NCBI GenBank assembly: GCA_030867685.1
Contig: JAQOWU010000007.1
Coordinates: forward strand, 434,001-498,000
DNA from: Wickerhamiella versatilis
Taxonomy: Eukaryota
Length of the DNA: 64,000 nucleotides
Direction of reading: 5' to 3'
The notes beneath the pieces are model-generated. The model worked only from the letters and a program-made list of their open reading frames with translations, had not been told where the DNA came from and did no database searches. The translations under genes and the position numbers were made by a program. Of the stretch, positions 31,380 to 42,178 are shown piece after piece (position 1 is the stretch's first letter; each line of letters begins with the position of its first letter).

Positions 31380-32407
31380 ATCAAACCAATTCGGAGCCTG
31401 TGAATAGTACACATAACGAAGTCTCCGATAGGGATCATGCTAGATATTAATTCTGATACCTGTATCTCTTGATGAAGATAAGGCTTTATCCACTGTGCCA
31501 CGACAAATTTCTTATATACTAAGTCCTTTAGCTCCATTCCAGTTCGCGCCAGTGAATATTACGGTCTAATATTTACGAGTATATATATTTATTCATTTAT
31601 TAATATAGATATTAAATATTCATCGTATAAGTTTTAGCCTGAACGATCTCGCTTGGAGCTTAAGTGCGTGAGGGGGTGCGCTCAACAAATCACAGTTATG
31701 ATTCAGAATTTGAGATCATAATTTGTTGCTTTGTACTGTTCACAAGTCGCCATCAGATATCTCTAAAATGACGATCTTCACTCAATTTAATCTCTTTGAG
31801 ACGCATTTACTCTAAATAACAAGGTTATTTAATTTATTGTTTTTATCAGCTTATGAAATTTGTCGTCGAAGAGTATGCTTATATGTAGAACTATATTATT
31901 TAGCCCCAATCAGTCAGTATGCAGAGATATTAAATCTGCTTCCTTTTGCTTAACACATCGAGAAGAGACGAAAAGAAACATAGAATTTAATCTAATATAA
32001 GGACGTTTTATCATCTCAACGTTTTCTTATATGTGCCGCGTCACTTTTTGAAACAAATCACAATTATATAATAAAACATTGTCCAACCAGTCTCAGCTAT
32101 TACAGCAGAGATGGAGGGTTTGAAAGGAGCCGGGAGGTGTGCCCTAACCCCAAATGTTGAATTCTGCATCATTTGTGAAGGATCCCCTGCTCGAGTTTAA
32201 GATGGATCAGGCCGATAAATCCTGAATTTAAAGAAGTAGGATACATATAGATATATATTTGTAGGGTTTTATAACCATGATATGCCAGGATCGCTCGCTT
32301 TCTGTCTTATAGCCAGCGATCCGTATCTACTGGGAAACTGGAGATCCTCAACGAGTCGTGTGACTAAGTTAAGCTGATCAAGGTATAGTGATCTGTGGGT
32401 GTGAGCT

Positions 32408-35400
32408 ATGGTTGTGGGACAATATGACCATTCAACGCTTCCAGCGCACTTCCTAGGTTTGAACAGCGTCAAGACTGCGCCGGAATCTGCTGTGCGGAGC
32501 TTTGTGGCTGAGAAGTACGGCCATACTGTGATTACCTCCGTTCTTATAGCAAATAACGGTATTGCTGCTGTGAAGGAAATTCGCAGTGTCCGACGTTGGG
32601 CCTACCAACAGTTTGGAAATGAGAGAGCAATCTCATTTACTGTTATGGCTACCCCCGAGGATCTTGCAGCTAATGCAGAGTATATTCGCATGGCAGATCA
32701 AGTAGTTCAAGTTCCAGGGGGTACTAACAACAACAACTACGCTAATGTAGATCTTATCGTCGATGTTGCAGAGCAAGCTGGTGTTCAGGCAGTTTGGGCA
32801 GGCTGGGGCCATGCCTCGGAGAATCCCACGCTGCCCGAAGCGCTGGCTGCTTCACCCAAGAGGATTGTGTTTATTGGTCCTCCAGGGTCAGCTATGCGTT
32901 CTCTTGGTGACAAAATCAGCTCTACAATTGTCGCTCAACACGCTAAAGTCCCATGTATTCCATGGTCGGGGACTGGTGTTGACGATGTATATCTGGACGA
33001 AGAGACAGGTCTGGTTAGTGTCAAAGATGAGGTATATGCGCAGGGGTGTGTTTCGGATGCGGAAGAAGCATTGGAGAAGGCACGTGCCATAGGACTGCCA
33101 GTTATGATCAAAGCTTCTGAAGGTGGAGGAGGAAAAGGTATCCGCAAAGTAGATGACGAGAAAGATTTTATTAGCCTATTCCACCAGGTGAAATCTGAGA
33201 TCCCTGGCTCTCCAATATTCGTTATGAAGCTGGCCGGATCAGCTCGTCACTTAGAAGTCCAACTATTGGCAGATCAATACGGCAACAATATTTCGCTATT
33301 TGGCCGGGACTGTTCGGTTCAGCGCCGTCATCAGAAAATTATTGAGGAGGCACCGGTGGAAAGTAATGTTGCACCAACTGCCACTTTCGAGGAAATGGAA
33401 AAAGCAGCGGTTCGACTAGGCAGGCTTGTGGGATATGCTAGTGCGGGAACAGTTGAATACCTGTATTCGGCCGAAGATGACAAGTTTTATTTTCTGGAAC
33501 TGAACCCCCGTCTACAAGTGGAGCATCCTACTACGGAGATGGTGTCAAATGTCAATCTTCCAGCCGCACAATTGCAGATTGCCATGGGAATTCCATTAGA
33601 TTTCATAACCGACATTCGAATGATGTACGGTGCTGATCCTCTATCCGATCGCCCGCTTAATTTTGACGGTTCTAGGCCGGAACTTGACCAATACCAGCGA
33701 CGACCGAAACCACATGGACACACCACAGCATGCCGAATCACCTCGGAAGACCCTGGTGAAGGATTTAAACCTTCTGGTGGTGTCCTGAGTGAATTGAACT
33801 TCCGATCATCGAAAAATGTTTGGGGCTATTTTAGTGTGTCGAGCAGTGGTAATATTCATAGCTTCTCAGATTCACAGTTTGGACATGTATTTGCATTTGG
33901 TGATACACGGGAAGAATCACGGCGATCTATGATTGTGGCTCTAAAAGAGCTTAGCATTCGTGGTGATTTTCGTACAACTGTTGAGTACCTTATTTCTTTG
34001 CTCGAGTCCGAAGCATTTGAGAAGAATGAGATAACAACTAGTTGGCTCGATGGACTCATCGCCAAGAAGGTTTCAACGGCCGAGAAACCGGATCCTATCG
34101 TTGCCATCCTGAGTGGTGCTGCTACGAGATCATGCGTAGAGGCAACTGCGACGATGAGAGAGTACAAAGCGGCGTTGGAACGTGGACAGGCACCACCTAA
34201 AGATATGTTGAAGTCTTTGAATGAGATTGACTTTATATACGATGGCGAGCATTATCGCTTTACAACGACACAGGCGGGTCCCATAACGGTTCGCGTATTC
34301 CTAAATGGTTCGCGTGTAGATGTGGGTGTTCGATCTCTCACTGACGGCGGTTTCCTGGTTTCAATCGACGGAAAAACACATGTGGCCTACTACCAAAGCG
34401 AATCTGCGGGTGGTACTAGACTAAACATTGACGGTAAAACTTGTCATCTTGAAGTGGAAAACGACCCTACACAACTCCGAACCCCCTCGCCAGGCAAGCT
34501 TGTCCGTTTTCTGGTAGAAGCAGGCGACCACATATCTTCCGGTCAGCCCTATGCGGAGGTGGAGGTAATGAAGATGTTTATGCCTCTTGTTGCACAGGAG
34601 GATGGTATTGTGCAGCCAGTTAAGCAACCGGGGAGCCAGCTGGTAGCCGGAGATATTCTTGGTATACTTGCACTTGACGATCCATCAAAAGTGAAACATG
34701 CTAAAACTCATGATGGCCAACTACCGGCGTATGGTCCACCGCGTATGATCAGTTCAAAGCTAGACCAGCAGTTCGCGGCCAAGTATGAGGTGCTCCAGAA
34801 TATCATGGCTGGTTATGACAATCGTGTTGTACTCTCAGCTACCTTCCGTCAACTTATCGAGACTCTTCGTGATCCTAGGCTGCCATATGCACAATGGAAT
34901 TCACGATTTTCTGCCCTTCATTCACGGTTGCCTCCTGGGTTTGACTCAACACTTCGAGAAATCGTGGATAGAGCTGGTAACAAGCACACAGAATTCCCCT
35001 CTAAACAAATTTTAAAGGCTATCACAAAATCAGCACCTACTAATTCTTCTGATCTACAAATATGGGAGGAATTAATTGAGCCTTTAAGAACTATCGCACA
35101 GGATTACTCGTATGGTATTAAAGGACATGAGCTTCAGGTGGTAGCTAATTTGCTCGCGGAGTATTACGATGTTGAAAAACTGTTTAGCGGTGAGCGCGAA
35201 GAAGATGTTATACTCAAGCTCCGTGAAGCTCATAAGGATGAACTTGATCGTGTAATTGCCATCTCATTGTCTCACTTTCATTATGGCAATAAAGAAGATT
35301 TGGTCATGATGATATTGGGCGAGTATACCGAGGATGCGTCTTCCTCCTCTATGGTAGCCCAGTACCTGCGTCCTGTTCTGAAGTCTATTGTCGAGCTTGA

Positions 35401-38400
35401 TGATACCACATACTCAAAGGTCGTTCTGAAAGCCCGCGAAGTTCTAATTAAGTGCTCACTACCTTCTTTGGAGGAACAAACAGATCAAATGGAGCATGTA
35501 CTGAGGTCCAGCGTTATGGGCTCGGCATATGGATCGGTTGTAGATCGTCAGCGCACAATCCCTAACTCCGAGGTTCTTAAACAACTTTGGGCATCGAAAT
35601 TCTCTGTATTTGATGTCCTTTTCCAGTTTTTCCGCCACCCTGATATGTATGTGGTTGGTGCTGCAATGGAGGTATACGCCAGAAGAATCAATAGGGCTGC
35701 TCGTATTGAGAACCTCCAGCACCATTTGAGTGACCAAAGTATTCCTGCGGTTACGTATGACTTTGAGCCTACAGAGCTGTCTAGTCCATATGTTACTTTT
35801 TCGGACACTGCTGATGGCTCGTTGAGACATGGGATAGTCTGCCCAGCTGATTACGAGGAATTGGATGAGGCTGTGTTACGAGTGGTACAATTATTGCCGC
35901 GAAACCAAAGGCGTCGTCTTTCAAGTGATACCACGTTGCCAAATTTGATTGTAGAGTTGGGTAATACTGTTAATCTCGTCATATTCAGTGACCCAAATGA
36001 ATTTGACACTTCAGTTTCTGATGAAGAAATATCTGAATATCTTCAGCAAGTTGTCCAAGAACAGAAAGACCAGCTCTTTTGCTGCTCTGTTAGACGACTG
36101 ACAGTCATGATACAAATAGGAGTGGGCACTAAGCCGAAGTATTTCACATATCAGGGGCCAGATTATCAAGAAAATAAAATGCTTCGCCACGTGAACCCTC
36201 CTTTGGCCTTCGAACTTGAGCTTTCACGCCTTTCGAACTTCGAAATTACACCTATATTCCGTGGTAATCGCCTCATACATATGTTCGAAGCACATGCTCG
36301 ATCAGATCCCGCGGACAAGAGGTTCTTTGTGAGAACAACGATCTCACCAGAACGCTTAGCCGCAAATCAGGAAGTCTCAACATTAGAGTATATGCTTTCT
36401 GAAGCCCATAAATTGATAAATGATGTTGTTGACCTGTTGGAAGCTACTGACACATCTGGATCAGATCTGAACCACATATTCGTCAATTTTACGGCAGTTT
36501 TCAACCTGGATTATGATGTTTTGAAGAGAGTATTCCAAGACTTTGTAGACAACTTTGGGCGTAGACTGTGGCGCTTGAGGGTGGAGTCTGCCGAGATACG
36601 GTTGCTTGCCAAAGACTCATCGAAACCAGATCAAGTCATACCTGTCAGAGCTATTGTTGGTAATGTTTCAGGATTTGTAGCAACGACAGACTTCTACACT
36701 GAAGTACGAGTAGATTCAGGAGAGTGGGTTTATAAGACGTTAACAGGGAAGCCCGGCAATCTTCATATGACACCTCTCCGTACACCGTACCCTACTAAGG
36801 AATCGCTTCAGTTGAGGCGTTATGAAGCCCACGTTAAAGGCACATCCTTTGTGTATGACTATCCTGCGCTATTCGAAGGTGCCGTAAATGCATCCTGGCA
36901 AGATGCTAGCCTCGATGTACCTACCAACAGCTTCAACGCAGCAGAGCTGATCCTTGACGAGAACAACTCTGTCACTGAGGTTCAGCGCGAACCAGGCGCA
37001 AACAGCTGTGGCATGGTTGCTTGGATTTGTACTGCCAAAACGAGGGAGTGTCCTTATGGGCGTAAATTCATTCTGATTGCAAATGACATCACGTACAAGA
37101 TAGGTTCTTTTGGTCCATCTGAGGATAGTTTCTTCAACCTAGTGACGGAGTTCGCTCGGTCTCAAGGCTTACCCCGCATATATGCTGCCGCGAATTCTGG
37201 TGCTCGGCTTGGTATCGCCGAGGAGCTACTCCCATATATTCGTGTTGAGTGGCGAGATGAACAGAACCCTGATCTGGGCTTTGAATACTTATATCTCGAT
37301 CCTGAAGACTATGAGCACTTGTCTGATGAAACAATATCGTGCACTCGAGTTGTTGAAAACGGCAAAACCCGGTATCGCATTAACTACGTTGTCGGGAGTT
37401 CAGAAGGTCTAGGTGTCGAGTCACTTAGAGGCAGTGGCCTCATAGCAGGTGCCACGTCTCGAGCATACAAGGATATTTTTACAGCCACGCTTGTAACTTG
37501 TCGCTCTGTTGGAATCGGTGCCTATTTGGTGAGGCTTGGACAACGTGCTATTCAAGTTGAGGGTAAGCCTCTGCTGTTAACTGGTGCAGAGGCAATCAAT
37601 AAACTTCTGGCAAGAAAGGTCTACTCATCCAATTTGCAACTTGGTGGAACGCAAATAATGTATAAGAATGGTGTCAGTCACCTGGTTGCTCAGGATGATT
37701 ATGACAGCGTTGCTAAAGTCATGAACTGGCTTGCATACGTGCCCTCTTATCGCGATGGCCCTCTACCCATATTGGTAAACCCTACTGATCCTTGGGATCG
37801 TGATGTTGAATTTGCACCGGTAAGAGACCAAGTTTATGATGTTCGTGAGTTGATTGCAGGCTCTGAGACAGAACGCGGGTTATTCGATCAAGGAAGCTGG
37901 GTTGAGACTCTTGGAGGTTGGGCTCGGGGTGTAGTTACCGGTAGAGCTCGTCTTGGTGGTATTCCATTTGGTGTAATTGGTGTGGAGACACGCCCAACTG
38001 AATCAATATATCCTGCGGATCCGGCAAATCCATCCAGCACCGAGCAAGTCATCGGTGAAGCCGGCCAAGTCTGGTATCCGAATTCGGCCTATAAAACTGC
38101 TCAAGCCATCCAAGACTTCACCAATGGCGAGCAATTACCAATTATGATCCTTGCTAATTGGCGCGGATTCAGTGGTGGCCAACGTGATATGTTCTTTGAA
38201 GTATTGAAGTATGGATCTTATATTGTTGATGCTCTAACTGAATGTCGCCGCCCAGTATTCGTTTATATCCCACCATTGGGCGAGCTTCGTGGCGGCTCTT
38301 GGGTGGTTGTAGATCCAACCATAAACCCGAAATACATGGAGATGTACTGCGACACAGATGCTCGTGCTGGAGTTCTCGAACCTGAGGGTCTTGTTGGCGT

Positions 38401-38941
38401 TCGGATGCGTCGACCTAAGCTTCTTGCTATGATGCAGAGATTGGATCGTCCTTACGCTGACCTTTGCGAGAAGGAGGCAGATGCGGTTTCTGGAGAAGAT
38501 CCAGAACTGCAGCAAATCAGAGCTACAAGGATGAAACGGGAGGACCAGCTACTTCCAGTATATCATCAAATTGCGGTCCAGTTTGCTGAACTACATGACC
38601 GTCCTGGTCGTATGAAGAGTAAGGGATGCATCAATGGAATAGTATCCTGGACGAATGCTCGTCGCTTCTTCTACTGGCGTGCACTTCGTCGGCTGGAAGA
38701 AGTAAGCATTGCCGCAAAGGGTGTAGATCCTGTTGACGTTATTCCCAGCGAACTCACAACGGATCGCGAGATCGCTGAGTGGTTTCATAATTCGGAAGAT
38801 GAAGTTGCTAGAGCCATATCAGTTGCGAAAGCAGCTAAATCTGCTGCCACAATATCGGAAGCTATTGCTGATATAGATTTGGCCGAACTTGCAAAATTCC
38901 TTTCGGCTGAGGCTCGTGCTAATCTCGCTAGTCTAAAGTAG
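32408..38941 (+). CDS. ACC1: Acetyl-CoA carboxylase (BC-BCCP-central-CT)
   Basis: VLIANNGIAAVKEIRS, KASEGGGGKGIR, RDCSVQRRHQK, EVMKM biotinylation motif, CT motifs NSGARLG and ANWRGFSGGQ; 2177 aa. Confidence 0.97.
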   Translation: MVVGQYDHSTLPAHFLGLNSVKTAPESAVRSFVAEKYGHTVITSVLIANNGIAAVKEIRSVRRWAYQQFGNERAISFTVMATPEDLAANAEYIRMADQVVQVPGGTNNNNYANVDLIVDVAEQAGVQAVWAGWGHASENPTLPEALAASPKRIVFIGPPGSAMRSLGDKISSTIVAQHAKVPCIPWSGTGVDDVYLDEETGLVSVKDEVYAQGCVSDAEEALEKARAIGLPVMIKASEGGGGKGIRKVDDEKDFISLFHQVKSEIPGSPIFVMKLAGSARHLEVQLLADQYGNNISLFGRDCSVQRRHQKIIEEAPVESNVAPTATFEEMEKAAVRLGRLVGYASAGTVEYLYSAEDDKFYFLELNPRLQVEHPTTEMVSNVNLPAAQLQIAMGIPLDFITDIRMMYGADPLSDRPLNFDGSRPELDQYQRRPKPHGHTTACRITSEDPGEGFKPSGGVLSELNFRSSKNVWGYFSVSSSGNIHSFSDSQFGHVFAFGDTREESRRSMIVALKELSIRGDFRTTVEYLISLLESEAFEKNEITTSWLDGLIAKKVSTAEKPDPIVAILSGAATRSCVEATATMREYKAALERGQAPPKDMLKSLNEIDFIYDGEHYRFTTTQAGPITVRVFLNGSRVDVGVRSLTDGGFLVSIDGKTHVAYYQSESAGGTRLNIDGKTCHLEVENDPTQLRTPSPGKLVRFLVEAGDHISSGQPYAEVEVMKMFMPLVAQEDGIVQPVKQPGSQLVAGDILGILALDDPSKVKHAKTHDGQLPAYGPPRMISSKLDQQFAAKYEVLQNIMAGYDNRVVLSATFRQLIETLRDPRLPYAQWNSRFSALHSRLPPGFDSTLREIVDRAGNKHTEFPSKQILKAITKSAPTNSSDLQIWEELIEPLRTIAQDYSYGIKGHELQVVANLLAEYYDVEKLFSGEREEDVILKLREAHKDELDRVIAISLSHFHYGNKEDLVMMILGEYTEDASSSSMVAQYLRPVLKSIVELDDTTYSKVVLKAREVLIKCSLPSLEEQTDQMEHVLRSSVMGSAYGSVVDRQRTIPNSEVLKQLWASKFSVFDVLFQFFRHPDMYVVGAAMEVYARRINRAARIENLQHHLSDQSIPAVTYDFEPTELSSPYVTFSDTADGSLRHGIVCPADYEELDEAVLRVVQLLPRNQRRRLSSDTTLPNLIVELGNTVNLVIFSDPNEFDTSVSDEEISEYLQQVVQEQKDQLFCCSVRRLTVMIQIGVGTKPKYFTYQGPDYQENKMLRHVNPPLAFELELSRLSNFEITPIFRGNRLIHMFEAHARSDPADKRFFVRTTISPERLAANQEVSTLEYMLSEAHKLINDVVDLLEATDTSGSDLNHIFVNFTAVFNLDYDVLKRVFQDFVDNFGRRLWRLRVESAEIRLLAKDSSKPDQVIPVRAIVGNVSGFVATTDFYTEVRVDSGEWVYKTLTGKPGNLHMTPLRTPYPTKESLQLRRYEAHVKGTSFVYDYPALFEGAVNASWQDASLDVPTNSFNAAELILDENNSVTEVQREPGANSCGMVAWICTAKTRECPYGRKFILIANDITYKIGSFGPSEDSFFNLVTEFARSQGLPRIYAAANSGARLGIAEELLPYIRVEWRDEQNPDLGFEYLYLDPEDYEHLSDETISCTRVVENGKTRYRINYVVGSSEGLGVESLRGSGLIAGATSRAYKDIFTATLVTCRSVGIGAYLVRLGQRAIQVEGKPLLLTGAEAINKLLARKVYSSNLQLGGTQIMYKNGVSHLVAQDDYDSVAKVMNWLAYVPSYRDGPLPILVNPTDPWDRDVEFAPVRDQVYDVRELIAGSETERGLFDQGSWVETLGGWARGVVTGRARLGGIPFGVIGVETRPTESIYPADPANPSSTEQVIGEAGQVWYPNSAYKTAQAIQDFTNGEQLPIMILANWRGFSGGQRDMFFEVLKYGSYIVDALTECRRPVFVYIPPLGELRGGSWVVVDPTINPKYMEMYCDTDARAGVLEPEGLVGVRMRRPKLLAMMQRLDRPYADLCEKEADAVSGEDPELQQIRATRMKREDQLLPVYHQIAVQFAELHDRPGRMKSKGCINGIVSWTNARRFFYWRALRRLEEVSIAAKGVDPVDVIPSELTTDREIAEWFHNSEDEVARAISVAKAAKSAATISEAIADIDLAELAKFLSAEARANLASLK

Positions 38942-39114
38942 ACGAACTACAAACACTTGTAATTTTACTTTGGATTCATTATTCTGATGAATCTAGCCCC
39001 TATAATACTTTAGTCTTTTCTTTCATTTAGAAATATGTTAGATAAAAATGCTGATAAAGACACTGTGGATAGTGCATGAGGCAGAGGTAGTTGATTCAAT
39101 TCATTAATAGGTAC

Positions 39115-40734
39115 TTATGCATTAGTATAGAGATGCTTCATATAGTCATGTTCATCACAGTACAACCTTATAACCTTACCGAAATGATAAATGGGGATGG
39201 CAAGGAGGCAGATCCCAAGCTCTATACATCCGTACACCACATAAGATGTACGAGGGCCAGATCTTTCAAGGAAAGTCGGGACAAATATGGAGAACACGAG
39301 TCCTAGGGTGTTTTTTAGAAAATTCAAACTGACAAGGGCTTCTGCTGCATGAATACGATAACAATCCACACAGTATGTTATGGATACCGTTGAAGCTAAT
39401 GAAGTTCCAAAACCCAGGAAGCCCAGGAATACAGTGGGTACAATCCAGAGATCACTATTAAAGGTCGACCATCCGAATCCCATAAGCCCAATTGAGATCG
39501 TTATGGCTACGGGAATAATCATTACCAACCGAAACTCCGGCTCATAAACACCATTATTCCTGCGGGACATCCATTGAACAATCAGATCACTACACTTCCC
39601 CGCTACGGCACTACCTAAGCAGCCGCCTATAAAAGTACCAAGATAAAGTAGGCCTATAGTCGTTTGCGGAAAATTGTAGGGATCGTTTCGAAATATTGTC
39701 GATATGGTCTCGGCAATGACCGAGAGCCAGACAACAGCAAGGGAATAATGGAGAGATGAAAAAAGTACGGGTGGATATAAAAATAATAAAAACGGTCGTA
39801 AGAAAATGTGGATCCACTTGTCTTTGCTTTTGAGCCCACTATATAGGGCTAAATTTTTGAAATATGGCTTCCGTTCTTTTGGCTTCTCTGAAATAAGGTC
39901 ATCAACATGATGTTCACCTTCAAAAGAAGGCCGTCCAAGTTTGAGCCTAACCAACTTCGCGGCTGCAGTCTCCGTCTGACTTTGTTTGTCAGGTATCGGT
40001 GTGCGATCCCACCAAGTTTCATGCACAAACAAAAAAGTTGCAAGGCAAAGCACACCGGTTATAATGCATACTACTCCAAAAATCCAATTCCAATTATCAG
40101 TACCATTGGCAATAAAACCTGATACCATCGGGACAAGATTCTTACCTCCTAGAAGGAGAAGAGTGTAAATACCGGTGCGATATGCCCTTTCATGAGCGAA
40201 GTATATTTCAGCAATTGTGGCGCTAGGCAAAGCTTCCGCAGGTGAGCCTGCGATACCAGAAAGTATTCGGGCACCAAGAAGCGACCCAAAGCTCTTAGAG
40301 CCAGCAGCCCATCCTAGACTCGCCACGAGAATTACTTGCGACAAAATATATACAGGCCTTTTACCAAAAAGCACTGCTGTGGGTGCAAAAAAAATTGCAC
40401 CCACTCCAAGTGCGAACATAAAAGCTCCAACGAGATAAGTCAAGTCTTTCAATGGACGAGAGAATTCCACCTCCAACGTGGACATTACCGGCGCCAGGAT
40501 AGGTGTCATACCTCCAATGATAAAAGAATACAAACCAATGACTAGCAGCGCTAGGTCCCGACGCCACAATGGCCAATTTAGCGGGTCATCCGGGTCGTCG
40601 TGTGGTTGAGGCTGAAGTATAACACCATCCTTTGTTTTTAACATTCGGTCATCGCCTGACTCTAGTAGCATTCGAACCGTTCCTGTTATATCATCTCCGG
40701 TGACATTTTTGGGTTCACGGACCCAGAAATGCAT
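39115..40734 (-). CDS. MFS transporter (HOL1/DHA1-like)
   Basis: PQPHDDPDDPLNW, FGKRPVY, YFAHERA, YEPEFRL; about 12 TM; first ATG at 40734. Confidence 0.87.
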   Translation of the reverse strand: MHFWVREPKNVTGDDITGTVRMLLESGDDRMLKTKDGVILQPQPHDDPDDPLNWPLWRRDLALLVIGLYSFIIGGMTPILAPVMSTLEVEFSRPLKDLTYLVGAFMFALGVGAIFFAPTAVLFGKRPVYILSQVILVASLGWAAGSKSFGSLLGARILSGIAGSPAEALPSATIAEIYFAHERAYRTGIYTLLLLGGKNLVPMVSGFIANGTDNWNWIFGVVCIITGVLCLATFLFVHETWWDRTPIPDKQSQTETAAAKLVRLKLGRPSFEGEHHVDDLISEKPKERKPYFKNLALYSGLKSKDKWIHIFLRPFLLFLYPPVLFSSLHYSLAVVWLSVIAETISTIFRNDPYNFPQTTIGLLYLGTFIGGCLGSAVAGKCSDLIVQWMSRRNNGVYEPEFRLVMIIPVAITISIGLMGFGWSTFNSDLWIVPTVFLGFLGFGTSLASTVSITYCVDCYRIHAAEALVSLNFLKNTLGLVFSIFVPTFLERSGPRTSYVVYGCIELGICLLAIPIYHFGKVIRLYCDEHDYMKHLYTNA

Positions 40735-40993
40735 CCGTTGAAGCCAGGTAACTGCTGCCAATTTGACGGTTGAAAGGATGACGTAATAATATAAAATCTC
40801 TTACAAGTATGTTTTTTAAGGCCTTGCCGTTTTGGGATGGAATGTTCGGTTTTGCATAACTCATGAATTAACTATGTACACATAGTGATGATGGTAAGAA
40901 TTATGTATCTTCGACAATTACCACGGAATTGTGAGTAAACATTGGTGACCTGCAATTACATCCAATACCATCCTTTTTTTTCGGATATTAGTA

Positions 40994-41983
40994 TTAGACA
41001 GCATTTAGCACTATTCCTGTCTTGAGGACTTGGCGAACATTGGCTAAGGTTTCCAATTCCATCTTCTTCCGAGCCACAGCAGTATGGGTACCGGCATGTG
41101 GTAGTAGAACAGTGTTTGGGTTATTCACAAGACCTGGATGAATTTTGGGCTCATTTTCGAAAACATCAAGACCCACACTTCTTATACGGCCCTCATCCAA
41201 GGCAGCAACAAGGGCATCTTCATCAATAAGTGGGCCGCGTGCGATATTAACAATAATGGCACTATTCTTCATCTTACGGATCGCTTCTGCATTGATGATA
41301 TGATGGGTATGTGATGTCAAAGGAAGGGCGAGAAGCAAGACGTCCGAAGTGCGAAGAAGGGTGTCGAAGTCAACGAACTCAGCACCATCCTCGATCTCCG
41401 GAGCGGCCCTTCCACGATTACTATATTGGAATTTTCCAAATTCAAGAGAGCCTCTCACCTTTCTCAAAACGTCGCTTCCAATTCCACCCAGTCCCAAGAT
41501 GCCCAATGTCTTGCCATCAGCTTCGTCGCAGTCGTTCACGGGGATACCATCCAAGAATTTTCCAGCACGAAGGTTCGACTCCAAGCGATAATAATTACGC
41601 AAAGTCGATAATATTAGATATAATGCGGTATCTGCGGCAGCTTGTCTAACACCAGAGGGAGTATTGGATACCTGAATGCCCCGGTCAGACCACGCTTTCA
41701 AGTCACCGAGAATATCAACGCCTGCACCGAAATTGCAGATAGCCTTAACATGGGATGGTAGTTGCTGGACGAGTTCAGCATCATAGCCACCAAATCGCAA
41801 GCACGTTGAATGCTTATTCGCAATTACTACCACATCGTTATTGGAGAAATATTCAAGAAGTTCTTTGCGGCTATTCGCGGTGCATTCTACCAAGTCTACA
41901 CCGTATTCTTTTGCCATCTCATCCCATTTCTCTGGGGCAAATTCTCGTACACCTTCTAGTACAAGAACTTTTGGCACTGACAT
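40994..41983 (-). CDS. D-isomer-specific 2-hydroxyacid dehydrogenase (glyoxylate/hydroxypyruvate reductase-like)
   Basis: GILGLGGIG, VNIARG, LDVFENEP, LLPHAG. Confidence 0.9.
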   Translation of the reverse strand: MSVPKVLVLEGVREFAPEKWDEMAKEYGVDLVECTANSRKELLEYFSNNDVVVIANKHSTCLRFGGYDAELVQQLPSHVKAICNFGAGVDILGDLKAWSDRGIQVSNTPSGVRQAAADTALYLILSTLRNYYRLESNLRAGKFLDGIPVNDCDEADGKTLGILGLGGIGSDVLRKVRGSLEFGKFQYSNRGRAAPEIEDGAEFVDFDTLLRTSDVLLLALPLTSHTHHIINAEAIRKMKNSAIIVNIARGPLIDEDALVAALDEGRIRSVGLDVFENEPKIHPGLVNNPNTVLLPHAGTHTAVARKKMELETLANVRQVLKTGIVLNAV

Positions 41984-42178
41984 GTCCTCTAATTAGTCAC
42001 TCCTGCGTCATTGCAGGCACTGAAAGGGATAATGTAACGTGACTTAAAAATGATATAAGTCATTGTGGAGATAAAAAGTGATCTATGGATGTGAACCTCG
42101 TGAATATCTATTCTTTAATTTTTGTTCAGGCTATTGCTGCGAACACGTTTCGACTGAATGGGTGGAATATTAATGAAT

